64,000 nt of DNA from Marsupella aquatica (Eukaryota > Plantae > Marchantiophyta), in assembly GCA_973895155.1 (NCBI GenBank), contig OZ316894.1:10943874-11007873 (forward strand). The letters are read 5' to 3'. The position numbers were made by a program, and so were the translations under genes. The stretch's first letter is position 1; each line of letters begins with the position of its first letter. Positions 11,685 through 25,309 of this stretch are shown here, in pieces. The notes beneath the pieces are model-generated. The model did not search any database. It was given only the letters and a program-made list of their open reading frames with translations, and was not told the DNA's origin.

Positions 11685-13904
11685 CCTGATCTCCTGGAGA
11701 GGACGTCCGCAAAGTCCCGGCCCTCCGCTCGAGCGGGTCTCAAATCCAATCCCTCAGACTCTAAATCTTTCCTTTCTTTCCGGCGGAAAGCATTGATGCT
11801 GCTCTGGAGTTAGGCCAGCCAAATTTCATAGTCAGATCTATTCGGACGCTCCTTTCCATTGCCGACTGCGTCTCTTTTGTAGAGCTCGTCGGTAGCGTAG
11901 TGCTCGCACGAAGCATTCATCAATCTGGCGATTCTGGCATTGTACGGACGTTGGCTCACAAGCTCGACAGCTGAAAAATGACATTCGGAATTAACTGGCA
12001 GACTAACCATGGCCATTGAGGAGTACCAACACTACACTGTATCCTATCTACTGTCCACTGAATATCTCCTAGAATCAGGAGGAGCAAGAGAGAGAAATGG
12101 GCCAGAGAGTTTCCTGCTGTGCGCAATGTAAATCGACACCGACGATTGTCCCATCTCTCCGGCGCATAACCGCAAACAACTATAAGGTTCGAAGTGACTA
12201 CATTTTGAAGGACTACCATACCCTTCGCAGGTTGGAGGGGACAGAGACGCGATCAAACTGCTTGACGATAAGTTGCAAAGGATGTCTATGGGACAAAAAC
12301 TTCTGAAAAAAATCCTGGTCTTCAAACGTAAGTACAGGGAGCATTGCATTGCATTGCATTCAATGCTCACGGGCTTCAATGGAACTATGATCTTCTAGAT
12401 TCAGCATTCAGTAAAATCAGGAGTAAACCTAGAAGTGGGTCACCCCGAGAATTCCTTCGTGAACCTGACAGAACCTCGACGTCTATGAGCAGCAGCATGT
12501 GGACGCGCCCGAGTAGCAACAACGGAGACAGCAGATGAGACACATGACTAGCTTTCACTCTTGAGGACAAGGGAAGGAGAATTCTTTTAGCAATGTGCTT
12601 CACTTCATGAATTGACAGACTTTCTCAAGACCTCTTGGAATTTCCTTCCTGCTCTATTTCATAGCTGATTTTCTGTCAGCACTATGGACTCCGACGTTCA
12701 ATTTAAGGCAGCTCGTGCAATCGTTCCACTCTCTCAATCTCGGAAGTGGCTCCTTTCAATGCGTGTAGTTGGGGAAACTCAATTCATTCGTACAACCTCT
12801 CTCCGGCGATCGCCAGTGTCTAACATGACTAACAACCACTTCATGCATTCGCTCGTCTATACTCACAGTTACCCGTACCTGACAAAGAAAGAAGGCAAGA
12901 AGGTTTACGTCCTTCATTCAAAGCAAGATAGATCCTCCGACGTCCTCAGGAGCTCATCTCCCATCCCACTCCACGGACTGGCATGCTCGCCTGACGACTT
13001 TCTCTCATCCCTTCCATCGATTCACCATCCTACGTCAACACTCTCGCTTGTAACACCACGAATAAACATCGACAACACAGCTCGTCCTCCGGCTCCGACT
13101 ACTTCCGCCCCCCTATCATCCACAACGTCCTCGATCGCCAAGCAGCCTTCGAATGATGCTCGTTACCGCCCTTGCCGTGGTGCATTCCCCAATTGCAACC
13201 GCAACGATCACTTTGTGAACTCCGCAAACGGCGCAACGAACAGACAAACGATCTCCAGTACACAATTCGCCGGCTGGGCCCAAAAGTGGCACTGCCTCGA
13301 TCTACAGGAGCTCGCTTCCACAATCAGCTGAACAATGGCACTCCGCCCGGGGTGTGAGGTCTGCCATTCGGACCGGCTTTCTCGAGCGTCGAAGCAAATG
13401 TCACCTGTACTTCATCGATCTAGATACCATGCTTTCCCAGTGACGCACCCTGCCCCACAATTGCTCCGACACGAATGTTCTCCTCAAACACCGGGTCGAA
13501 CGCCAACAGCTGAGCTTGTCTTGTCTCGGCTCTGTCGCACTCCTCCGGATCTCACGCAAGGCCGCACCTTCACGAGTTCACGCATTGCAAGACGACTCGC
13601 TTTGTGTAATGGTCCAGTAGGGCATCTCAAACTTGCTCGTCCTCTCTCCCGTTTTTGTACTTATACCTAACCAAACCCCAACTTTATGCCTTGGAAAAAT
13701 CATTTTGAATTCACAAGAGCATACAACAGGGTGGCAACACCAAGGGATTCACGGAGAGTAATCCCTGTATACTCATTAAATGTGCCTCGGTATTCTCCCA
13801 TTGCCTACCGGAAACCCTCCCTGTGTTTTAACATTTTTGGCTCAGTCCTTCTCACTTTTTCAGGCTAGAGAATCCTTTTTCTCCGAATGCTGTCGCTGCT
13901 GCGC

Positions 13905-14310
13905 GTGTCCACCTTTCAATAAATTGAATTAATTTTTTTCACATTTCACTTGTACATTTTCATAAGGGCATTTTGAATTTCACTCTCATAGGGGCATTTT
14001 GAATTACACATTCATTGCGTCCCCCCGGAAGAGATTGACTCTAAATTTTCTCTCCTTTTTGCTTGTACATTGCAAAAATTTTTGCAGAAGATTCTGGAAA
14101 TGTCACCTTTCAATTAATTGAATTAACTTTGAACTTTTTTTTTCACATTTCACTTGTACATTTTCACAAGGGTATTTTGAATTTCATTTTCATAGGGGTA
14201 TTTTGAATTACACCTTCATTGTGTCCCCCAAGAACGGGAGTGACTCTAAATTTTCTCTAGTTTTTGCTTGTAGATTGCAGAATTTTTTGCAGAAGATTCT
14301 GGAAATGTCA
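13905..14310. repeat. MULE left subterminal ~200-bp direct duplication
   Basis: Two copies of TGTC(C)ACCTTTCAAT.AATTGAATTAA...GCAGAAGATTCTGGAAATGTCA. Confidence 0.85.
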
Positions 14311-15346
14311 ACATAGTCCTTGTGAACTGTAGCGTATTCTTTGCTTCCTTTGTTGGAAAATTGTCACTGTCATTCTAACACAACCTTTCCTGTCTGAAAT
14401 GTTTATTGGGATGAGCATGCTACAGATTTCAACAAACTCTGGGACCAAGACATGCAAGGGCAAAAGATTGCACAAGAGGGGATAAGATTGAACATTTCTC
14501 TTCAAACACATTACACAGGAAAAATATCCCCACTGAGTTTTTAAATTTTCGTGTAAGGATGTACACTCCTGGACTGCCCTTCATTGAATGACACTACCTC
14601 ATAAAAACTGAACTCTATTTTTTCAAAACTTCAATGAGACATACCATCCACCCTACTCCTTTATGTCTTCTACGTAAGAGGTGGGGAATTGCATAAGCTC
14701 ACTTTCGTGAAAATTGTCAGGGTATACCAAAGGTCCACTGCCAGCATATGAACCTGAGTGGGGCAAATAGGATCCATTTCAACCACAGTTTTCTTCTCTC
14801 CTATAACTTTTTGTCCTACCTGAACTGGGCCTTCTTTTGAACAGATTTAGGAGCTCGTTTGACAAGGGCCTTTTTCTCCCGAACTGGATTCAAATGTGGA
14901 AGTGGCCTGGATTTTTCAACAATGGCCTGTGTTGGACATGGATTTGTATTTTCAATATCAATTTTGCTTCTTCTGACTGCTAACCACTTTTGTAGGTTTC
15001 TTGTACCTGCCCATTGAGGCTGTCAAATGCCAATCGTGCTCCTGATTCAGATCCACGCATGCCAAAGCTGCCTTGTCAAGTTTCTTTTGGTTTGACTCTC
15101 GCACAGTAACAATCTTCACAAAGGGAGCTACAGTGACAGGGGCCTCAGTCAAAGTTGAGCTTCTTGGTGAATTCTTTGACCACCTTCGTCTCTTGCACAT
15201 CTTATCAACAAATGACTCTTTCCTCTTCAAGCTACCATCAGCCCCGGGTACAGTTTGGAATGCTGGTGGATTTGCCACCTTTGACAGTGGAGTTTTCCCA
15301 ATTTGTACAGAGTCATATCTAGCCCCAAGTGAAAACACCTCATCTT

Positions 15347-18300
15347 TGTTGAGCATAGACGACATTCGCAACGGCAAGCCCATGAACCATCCAACGCACA
15401 ATAGTCGACACACAGAGATACGTGGTTCACCTCCACATGAGACTACGTCCACGGGAACACACAAGAGCTTTATTGCACTCTAGGCCGACCGGCCATACCA
15501 AGCATCCACAGCACAAGCTCTCCCTATCTCTTAACTAGCTCCGTAACAATGAGCCTCCGTTCCACCAGGGTCTGGCATCAGCCCTGGCTATATGCACAAC
15601 AGCACTAGCGCTAACATTAGCTAAGTCCTAACCCGAGTTAGACTAACTGTGGTTAGCTCATGAGTCACAAGACTAGAGCAATATCTAACAAACTCCCCCT
15701 TGACTCTTGTCTTGGGGACTGGACTAAATGCTACCATATGGAATCCTCATCGGGAAGTTCTAGACAATCACCAAACCAGGTCTCCCCCTAAAAACCACAA
15801 GGGTTAACTAAGGGTTAACTAGAACTAAGCCGTAGCCTAACAGGAATGAGTAATCCGTATACAAATAGTCACACATTGCTAAATAACTCTACTTGCACTA
15901 CAATTGCAAAACTTGCAAAGTAGCACGGTGTCTTGAGAAACTCTCCAAAGGAATCACTTTGGTAAAAGCATCAGCGGGATTGAGCTTTCCATCAATCTTG
16001 ACTAGCTCAAAAGTTTTATCAAACACTGCTTGCCTGATAAAATGGTACCTGATATCAATGTGCTTCGCCCTTCTATCCATCACCTGGTTAGCAGCCAAGT
16101 GAAGAGCACTCTAACTATCACAGTTTAGAGTCATTTTTCCATGCTCTAAACCCATCTCCGCGATCAACTTATCCAACCAAATTGCTTCCTTTGCTGCTTC
16201 TGCTACTACAACATACTCTGCTTCTGTAGTAGACTGAGATATACACTTCTGCAAGGTAAATTTCCAATTGATACATCCTCCTCCAAGAGTGTATACAAAC
16301 CCAGTTGTAGACCTCCTTGCATCCAAACAGCCTCCATAGTCAGAATCTACATAGCCAACTAACGTTCTATCTGATCTATTATCAAATAGTAATCCATAGT
16401 CCTGTGTTCCCCTCACATACCTGAGAATCCATTTCATAGCTTCCCAATGTACCTTCCCTGGATTTGACATGAATCTGTTGACCTTGCCCATCGCTAGGGC
16501 CAAGTCAGGCCTAGTACAAGTCATCAAATATATCAGACTGCCTACTGCCTTCTCATAAGGAATCTTAGCCATCAGACCTTTCTCCACAGCATCCGTAGGA
16601 GAGAAAGTCGATGATAACTTGAAATGTGAAGCTAAAGGAATACTCACTGGCTTACAGTTCTTCATGTTGAATCGTGCAAGTACTTTCCTCGCATACTGGC
16701 CTTGACTCAAGCACAACTGTTCAGTCTCAGAGTTCCTAAAAATCTCAATCCCTAAGATCCTCTTGGCCTTACCAAGATCCTTCATCCTGAATTCAACACT
16801 CAATTTCGCCTTGAGACTATCAACCTCAGATTGATCTTTAGCCACAATCAGCATGTCATCCACATAGATCACCAGAATGATGAAACCAAATACATCATTC
16901 TTGACTGATTTCGTATACACACAAGGATCATACACCGTCCTTGTAAAACCTTGAGCAAGCATGAAATCATCAAACTGCTTGTTCCACTGTCTGGGAGACT
17001 GCTTCAATCCATACAAGGACTTGAGCAATCTGCAAACTAAGTTCTCTTGGCCCTTCTTCATAAAGCCTAGTGGCTGTCTCATGAAGATCAACTCTTCCAA
17101 GTTGCCATAGAGAAAAGCAGTAACAACATCCATCTGATCCATCACCAGACCAAAAAACACAACAAGCTGACACAAGATCCGAATTGTGGAATACTTAGCC
17201 ACCGGTGAAAAGACCTCATTGTAATTCACTCTTTTCTCCTGAGTGAATCCCTTGGCAACAAGCCTTGCCTTGTAGATCTTGTCTCCACCCTCTCAAGGAC
17301 TATCCTTCAACTTGTAAATCCACTTGCTGTCCACCACTTGCTGACCTCTTGGAAGCTCCACCAGCTCCCATGTCTTGTTGTCACTCAAAGATTGCAACTC
17401 CCTCTGCATTGTTGCATTCCACTCATGCTTCTGCTCTGAAGCACAAGCCTCACTATACGAAGAAGGCTCTCCTTCTTCCAAGATCAAAGCCATATCATCT
17501 TCATAAGGTGCAATGTCAATATCATCTAGCTTAGATGAGTCTGCCCATTGACCATACCTGGTAGGAGCTCTAGTAGAACGACTGGAAGTTCTTCTAGTAG
17601 ATGACTCAGGCTGATCTGTTGCTGCTGCTGGTTGAATTTGAGGTACCCTAGCAACAATCTGCTCCTCTTGTTCCATCACAAGAACCAGCTCCAAGCCCGG
17701 AGCTTCTCCATCTCTCCTGTCATGAACTGCATCATGACTAATCTCCCCCTCAACCCGGTCCGGGATGGGAGATTTCCCCTTGTCAGTATGGGAGTCCTGA
17801 GAACTCTCCCCCTCCTTTGATGATCTGGATTCATTAAAGGACACATCTCTATTGACAATTAGTTTATAGGTTACTGGATCCCATAACCTATAACCCTTCA
17901 CACCTTTCTGATAGCCAAGGAAAATGCACTTCTTCGACTTGGACTCCAGCTTGGATCGAAGCTGGGAAGGTGTAAGCACATAAGCATCACATCCAAAAAT
18001 CCTCAGATGTGAGTAATCTGCTGGACACCCGTACCTCATTTCAAATGGCGTCTTGAATCCAATAGAACTGGATGGAGAAAAATTTACCAAATAAGCTGTA
18101 GTGTTGACAACTTCAGCCCAAAACTCATGTGGTAAGCATGATTGACTCAACATACTCCTCGAGCGGTCCAATAGTGTTCGGTTGAGTCTCTCAAAAACAC
18201 CATTCTACTGAGGAGTATAACTTGTTGTGAGATGGCGGGTAATCCCCTGCTCCTTACAATACGTTCCAAATTCCCCGAAACTGTATTCACCGCCGTTATC

Positions 18301-20674
18301 CGATCGAAGATATCTCACCTTATTACCAGTCTGATTCTCAACTTGGGCTTTCCACTCCTTAAAAGTGGCAAAAACATCAGACTTATTGTGTAGAAAGTAT
18401 ATCCACACATACCTTGAGTAATCGTCTATGAACGTGACATAGTATAACCGTCCAGAATGTGAGGGAGTAGGGGTTGGACCCCACACATCACTATGTACAT
18501 ACTCAAGTACCTCCTTGTTGGTGTGAGTTCCAACTCCGAATGGTTTTCTGTGCTGCTTCCCTAGCACACAGTGCTCACAAAATTCCAACTTACAAGATTG
18601 CAAATTAGAAAGTAATCCTTTCTTCTGAAGAATAACCAAACCTTTTTCACTCATGTGGCCCAAACGGAAGTGCCACAGCCGGGCCGTCTCCTCATGAGAT
18701 AAGGTTACATTGGCTTCATCATAAACTACACTGCCCTCCAAAACGTATAGATTGCAATGTCTCTTTCCCTTCAATACAACTTTAATACCAGTTGAAACTT
18801 GAAGGACACCATTAGCAAAACTCCACTGATGGCCATTTGCCTCTAAAACTCCAAGTGAAATGAGATTTTTCATCATGCTGGGAATATGTCTCACATTCCT
18901 CAATGTTCTCACAGCACCATCAAACATCTGAAATCTTACAGATCCAAGTCCAACAACTTGACATGGGATTCCATTCCCCATCAACACTGACCCATTGGAA
19001 ACCGTGTAAGAACTGAAACAATCTTTTCTAGAGCAAATGTGAAAAGTACATGCACTATCTAGAATCCAGTCATCACTACCTGGATTTGACACTACGTTGA
19101 GAGCATAACCTTGACATCACAATATGTCATCATCATCGAGTAAATCTACCTCATGCGAGCTCGATGTTGCGTTAGCAGAGGCAGTAGGGACCTTTACTCG
19201 ACAATCCCTTTTCATGTGGACTGGCTTGCCACAATTCCAACATGCAAGAGGCTTCCTCTCTTGCGATTTCTCTCTGGATTTAGATCTCCCCCGTGATGTA
19301 GATCTAAACCTGTTCTGTCCATTTTCATCATGGATAGCGCAGCGCTCAAATTTCGGTCGGGGTGGGTAAAACCTTGGGAAACTCCCCCGTTTTGACCACC
19401 TCAGAGAATAACCAAAATACCCAATACAACCCGTTGTCGGAATCGCGATGTGATCGATGTGCCACGTTGCTAACTCCAGTGGCAACGTCCTCATCAAAAA
19501 AGAACCAAAAAAAGTTACCGTTTGGTGGACAGAATCTTTGTTGGACGGCCAAAAAATAGCTCTCTATTTTTCGGGAATATTCCCGCACAGTCTGACAGGT
19601 CTCACAGGGGGCCGTTCCCCCTATCTAAGCGGTTAAAATGGAGGGCGGTAGGTCATCAAATGCCACTGTTTGAAACGAGAAAAGTGAACTCCGCCGACAG
19701 AAAAAGTTGTCGAATTTCACCGGCACAGATTGCTGCTCCAGCAGAGTAAATTATTGCCGCCGCGTCGCCTTCACTCTGCGTCAAGTACCAATCCCGGGCT
19801 CAAAATGATCGCCTCGCCGCGATCAAACCGTTGAGCCGTGACACTTCGTGTTTCTTCCACCGAGTCGGACGTCACGAAGAGAAACCCGGTTCAGATGAGA
19901 ACAAGCTCCATAGCTTGTGAAAAAACCCGAACGCCTCCGTCACTCGTCACGTCACACTCGGTAACACCTCGGCAACAATCCAGCTACCGAAATGACCAGC
20001 TCGCTTCAACCTTCAACTTGAGCTATAATGTGCGATCTCCCAAACACCGCACAACTCGCACCGTTGAAAAACGTGAACTCTGGTCACTCCCCCAAAAACC
20101 CATCGAACACGAATAAAACCTGAACGATGCAAACTTCAATTCCTCCGCACCACGAATACCGATCAGCGAGTTCCAACCACCATTAGAAAGCCCTCTCTCT
20201 AACCTATCCGCTTAGCCACACACATTCGAGTTTCATGCGATGAAACTCCGAATGTCCCATCGACAATGAACGTTGGAAAAATCTATCATGAAAAAACCTC
20301 ATCACCTCCCAGGCATGCTCTGATACCACTTGTTGAGCATAGATGACATTCGCAACGACAAGCCCATGAACCATCCAACGCACAATAGTCAACACACAGA
20401 GATACGTGGTTCACCTCCACATGAGGCTACGTCCACGGGAACACACAAGAGCTTTACTGCACTCTAGGCCGACCGGCCATACCAAGCATCCATAGCACAA
20501 GCTCTCCCTATCTCTCAACTAGCTCCGTAACAATGAGCCTCAGTTCCACCAGGGTCTGGCATCAGCCCTGGCTATATGCACAACAGCACTAGCGCTAACA
20601 TTAGCTAAGTCCTAACCCGAGTTAGACTAACTGTGGTTAGCTCATGAGTCACAAGACTAGAGCAATATCTAACA
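15347..20674 (-). mobile_element. Ty1/copia LTR retrotransposon A (gag-deleted, degenerate)
   Basis: 344-bp LTRs TG..CA at 15347-15690 and 20331-20674 (8 substitutions by eye); PBS TGGTATCAGAGC (tRNA-iMet) at 20317-20328; PPT next to 15691; 5-bp TSD ATCTT/ATCTC; PR-IN-RT-RH domain order. Confidence 0.96.
15898..19340 (-). pseudogene. Copia A gag C-terminus (zinc knuckle) plus pol (protease, integrase, RT, RNase H) with in-frame stops
   Basis: CWNCGKPVHMKRDC; WILDSACTFH; HFRLGH..CEHC; VHSDVWGP, LRSDNGGEY; IYVDDML; YVDSDY, CDS..A. Stops at 19117, 18205, 17293 and 16111 are all in one frame. Confidence 0.95.
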
Positions 20675-23600
20675 ATCTCGTAATTTCAACAAGCCAGTCA
20701 TTCCAATGCTGTTCAAATGCGGAGTGGTCTCAACTTTGCCATAAATCTCCTTTAATACCTTCTCATAGTGGGCATAGCTGAAAGTTGGAGTTGCCTCTTG
20801 TAGTGGCTCACAATCCTCCAGTAGTGGCTCACCATCCTGCATTACAGGTTCATCATCCTCATTTCCCTCAGTTGATCCCGCGTTGGCTGGATCTATGATT
20901 GGCAAAGTCACATTTGCCACCTCTACATCAGGCTCTGGCCACAGTGCTATCTCAAATGCCAAGCCGCCTACCATAGTGCCATAGTGAGTTCCATAGGTTT
21001 GAAGAACTTTGGGCTCGGACAAGCCACTCAAAAGCAGCAACTTTATCTGCACATCAATAGAGAAATGCAATTATGAGACATTGTCATGATAATTAGACTC
21101 ATAATTCATATGAAATCACAGTTGTGGCTATGTAAAATTACCTGATGCTTGCAGGTATTCCCTTGCATACTAGATCCACAAGTGCAGACGCAACTATCAC
21201 CAAGGTATCCTTCAAGAACGTGCCACTCTTGGGTTTTTTTTTGGCTACATACAAATGCAATATTGTTGCCTTCCTCGTACTTAACATCATCAGCAGGAAT
21301 AGTCCTTGCCTTCAAGATGGCTTTCCAGATGATGTCTTCAATTTTCCAATTTCTGACTCACCCTTGCCACTTCATACAAGACATACACCAGTAGTGGTGT
21401 TCAAGGTGGTTAATCAACTGTTCTACCAACCAAACCACCTTTCGGCCTACCTTAGTAGACTTCTCTTCTCGCAGGTACCGCTTCAGAGTTACATGCCATC
21501 TCTCAATCGCCCCATTAGTGTTCTGATTGGCATGCTTGAAGGTCCTAAAGTTAATCACCCACTTACTGATCTTACAATGCCAGTACGTTTTGTAATACTC
21601 CACAAACAATGGCTGCTCATCTTTCCACGTTGCCATGAACCGAAGGGACTCTTTGACTGGGTCTGTAAAAGAAAACAGTGATTACATTAAATAGCAAACA
21701 TCAATAGTTGTAGAGGGTTAGCCCAAAGACTAGACACAAACTAAGATAAATACATTATGGGGACAAACTAGGGACAGAATTTACCTTTGTTCTTCTCATA
21801 TATGAGATCTCCAAGTTCTCTATTCAATTTTGCACGGGAATGTGGATCTCTAACTTTTTTCAATATGTTTTTAGTCCAGGCTCTCCTCACATGCCAGGCA
21901 CATAAAGTGATCGGAACACCTGGCCAAACCTCACTGCCAAAGAAAATACAGTTAGATGATATAATATTCAGACAAGATTGTTTCAATACACAAATTGTTG
22001 AGCAACAGTGTTAGTGTCAAATTACCTCAACACATTCTGTTCTTCGGCTGCACAGTCCACTATAAAGCAAGTTGGAGCCCATGCCTCGTCTAGGCGTAGG
22101 TCACACTGTCTGGTTCTTTCCATGGCTACCTTGACTGCTGTGAGAACTTGCCATAAATCTTGCTCTTTGTGGGTCTCCATTAGAGCCCAACATGTGGGAA
22201 TTCCATTCTGGAAGTCATCAAAACAAAGGAGAGTGTACAAAGAGTACTGCAAAACATTATAGAGCCAAGCTTAGGTCAGATTTATGAAGATATAGACACT
22301 AATGTACCAACTACATTGAAAAATACATTATACAACGAGCATGAGATTATTGCAACTCTCAAACAATAAAATGTGGTAAAATATCATGTACAGAATACAC
22401 CAAAAACATTATAAAAGGTCATAATACTAAAACTTTATGATAATAACATATGGTACAACAAAACATCTATAGAAAAAGTACTGTATAGCATTTTGGAGCC
22501 AACGTCAGGTTTCTGAAACCAATACAAACCACTACATGATAGTATTTAACTAAAGCATTCTGGAGCCAACATCAGAAACATGGCAAAGTATTTAACTAAT
22601 AGAGTGAACATTGCACAACCAAGGTCAGAGCATGTAACAGATACTCAATTTTAATCGGAATTAGACTAACCTCATACTCATTGACACCAAAAGTGGCATC
22701 CATGGACACAGCACTACCATGCCCAAGAGTGGCCATTTTTTTGAGTTGCCACTCTGTTGCAAACACCAACAGAAATGGAGCTTGTGTCTTCTCATCCCTC
22801 TCTTGATACAGCAACACTTGACAATCATTAGCCTCAACCCACAATTTGCATCCAACAGCATCATCACTCGCCCAGTGACTCTTCCGATTATTAATGGCCT
22901 TCTTGACATTTTGAATGTCCTTCAAGTCCAGTCCCATATCCCTTGTCCAGACTACATTGGCTCTGTCATCAACAAATTTCTTTCTATGCTCACGTAGCTC
23001 TGCCCTTTGGGCCTTAAGAACTCCCAATTCAGTCACTCCTGTTCGCAAGAGCCTCTCAATGCTTTCACGTAAGTCAATTGAAATTCGGGGGGCAATGTGA
23101 GCCCCCACATCCCATGCAGACCTGTCCTCCCAACCATGACAAAAATTCCCTGTATTGTCGACATGTCGGAATTCTGTAAATCAACAAGCAAGCATTTGGC
23201 CTCTCCACCTCCTTAAAATTCGCTGTAAAACTGAATCTAACCTCTCCTAAAAGACGCTCCAGTTTTTGTAGTCTGTCGAAGTGGCTTCTCTCCATTTTGA
23301 AGAACTCTATTTTCTGGCAGATCCTCACGTAAGTCTCCCCTGGCATCTTGGGGTCCATAACAACAGAGGTATCGAATGGTCACCCAACCCCGCTCTTTGT
23401 TTCTTACAATTGTTTCTTTTATTTTCAGACAGGTGTTGAATTTTTCATGACATTCCTCCCCCTTCAGCAAATCTTTGAGCCTGGATTTTGGTATCCAAGC
23501 TTGTTTCTGAAACCAAGTCAAATCATCAGAGGGAAATCTCCCTGGTGCTGGAATCTGGATTTGGTCACATTGCAGTGCACCATATTTATATCTTGATTCC

Positions 23601-23899
23601 ATGACGTTTGGGGCATTCCCATGTGACATCTGACAACCAAAAGTAAAAGTTGAATGATTAATTTTTGAAATCTAAAGAAAGGAAGTATTCCTATTCAGTA
23701 AGTATTTGATAATTATTCTATACAGTCAATCTCATTAAGTATACCCAGTTGGCTCTTTTATTTACTAACATCCAAACATTCTCAATGTGTATGCATAGTT
23801 ACTCTTCTCAGTCAGAACACACAGAGCAGGGTTTTTCAGTCAGTCGTATCAATTTATGTGGAGCCATTGTCTAAGGTCTTTCACAAACATTTAGACACT

Positions 23900-23954
23900 A
23901 AGTCATTCTCATTCAGAAAGTCATTCTCATTCAGAAAGTCATTCTCATTCAGAA
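23900..23954. repeat. 18-bp tandem repeat x3
   Basis: AAGTCATTCTCATTCAGA x3. Confidence 0.85.
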
Positions 23955-24342
23955 CACAGGAATACACTTCTGACTCCAATTATCAATCCTTCTTATCTAG
24001 TGCACACAATTCTCATTTACACAGAGTTATGGTTCTCATTTGCTTCTTCTCAAATATTGAATCATTTTTATTACTGCACATGCACAGTTATTGTTTTTCT
24101 TGCATTACATCTCCTTCCACATGTTCAATCATTCTTATTGGTCCACACAATTCTCATTTACGCAGAGTTACTATTCATGTTGTGGTCACATCTCATTGCC
24201 TCGATCTGTAAAGTTAATAAAAAACCCTAACAGTTGTGAAGAAAATTAATATGATGAGTGTGAATGAGTAACTTACCTTGTACTTGTCGCTGTACAATGC
24301 ATGTGCTATGACATGAATTGTTCTTGAGAATCACCTGGACTG

Positions 24343-24860
24343 TTGATGCCATGCCCTCCCAAGAAATGATGCCCCCAAAAAGGATGCCTTTTATCTGTCA
24401 ACTATTCACATCTCTCCTGGATCCTAGATTCGAGGCACTTTCCAAAAACAAAATCCACTGACGCAACTCTACTGACGCGACCACTTTTGATTGATGCAGG
24501 GGGGCAATGGAGCATAGAGAGTACTTTCTTGTGCAACGAGTCGATGCCATGCCCTCCCAAGAAATGATGCCCCCAAAAATGATGCCCTATATGTATCAAC
24601 TATTCACATTTCTCCTGGATTGTAGATTCGAGGCACTGGCAAGTGCCAGAAACAACGCAAATCTATTGACGCAAATCTACTGACGCAAATCTACTGACGC
24701 AAATCTACTGACGCGCAGGGGAAATGGAGGAGGGTCGATACCTTGCCCTCCCAAAAAATGATGCCCCCAAAAATGATGCCCTTTATGTGTCAACTATTCA
24801 CATTGCTCTTGGATCCTAGCTTCGAGGCACTGCCAGAAACAAAACCTACTGACTGGACCA
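24343..24860. repeat. MULE right subterminal ~195-bp repeat x3 with a nested ~14-bp tandem
   Basis: GATGCCATGCCCTCCCAAGAAATGATGCCCCCAAAAA... at ~24345, ~24543 and ~24738; ACGCAAATCTACTG repeated about 4 times at ~24655-24714. Confidence 0.85.
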
Positions 24861-25309
24861 TTGTTGCAGCAATGGGCAATGGGGCGTAGAGTCCTTTTTT
24901 TGTGTGCAGAGTACTTTGAGAACATGAGACCTTCAGTTTCACGCGGGCATTGCACAGGGCACCCTAGAATCGAGAGATTAGGTTAGGATGTCCTAAAAGT
25001 ACATTTAATATTAGACAAATTTTAATAATGGATAATCTGGGCCCGGGCAGCATTCAAGTGTGTGAAAGTAAACTGGCCTGAAAAAGTGACAAGGACTCAC
25101 CCAAAAATGTTGAAACGCAGGGGAAGGTTTCCGGTGGGAAGTGGGGGAATACCAACGCACATTTAATGAGTATCCAGGGATTACTCTTCGTGAATACCAA
25201 GGGGGACCCGAGGTCAGAAGTGCAAAACTAAAAGGAGGGGCGGGATTGGCCGCACCAAGACCAATGACAGGCCTTCCAAAGGGATGAGAGCAAAACAAGA
25301 AATTTAACT

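Larger units (their letters stand above)
14958..23630 (-). pseudogene. MULE transposase with SWIM zinc finger, multi-exon, frameshifted and interrupted by a copia
   Basis: SMDATFG (D), FIVDC (D), LCAWH (CxxH), TNGAIERWH (E), CTCGSSMQGNTCKH (SWIM). The N-terminal YLCCYGP..RRG..H.D..G..CHG..APRIS pattern resembles plant SWIM/MULE proteins. Frameshifts near 23160-23240. The last exon resumes at 15346 after the copia. Confidence 0.85.
13747..25195 (-). mobile_element. Mutator-like DNA transposon (MULE), ~6.1 kb without the nested copia
   Basis: Imperfect ~120-bp terminal inverted repeats (13747-13868 / 25073-25195, both starting ATTCACG.AGAGTAATCCCTG); 8-bp direct repeat ACCAAGGG on both flanks (13739-13746, 25196-25203); internal MULE/SWIM transposase. 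Confidence 0.8.

Noticed and set aside
12684-13331. 215-aa Ser/Pro-rich ORF
   Set aside because: No recognisable domain; composition is expected from GC-rich non-coding DNA.
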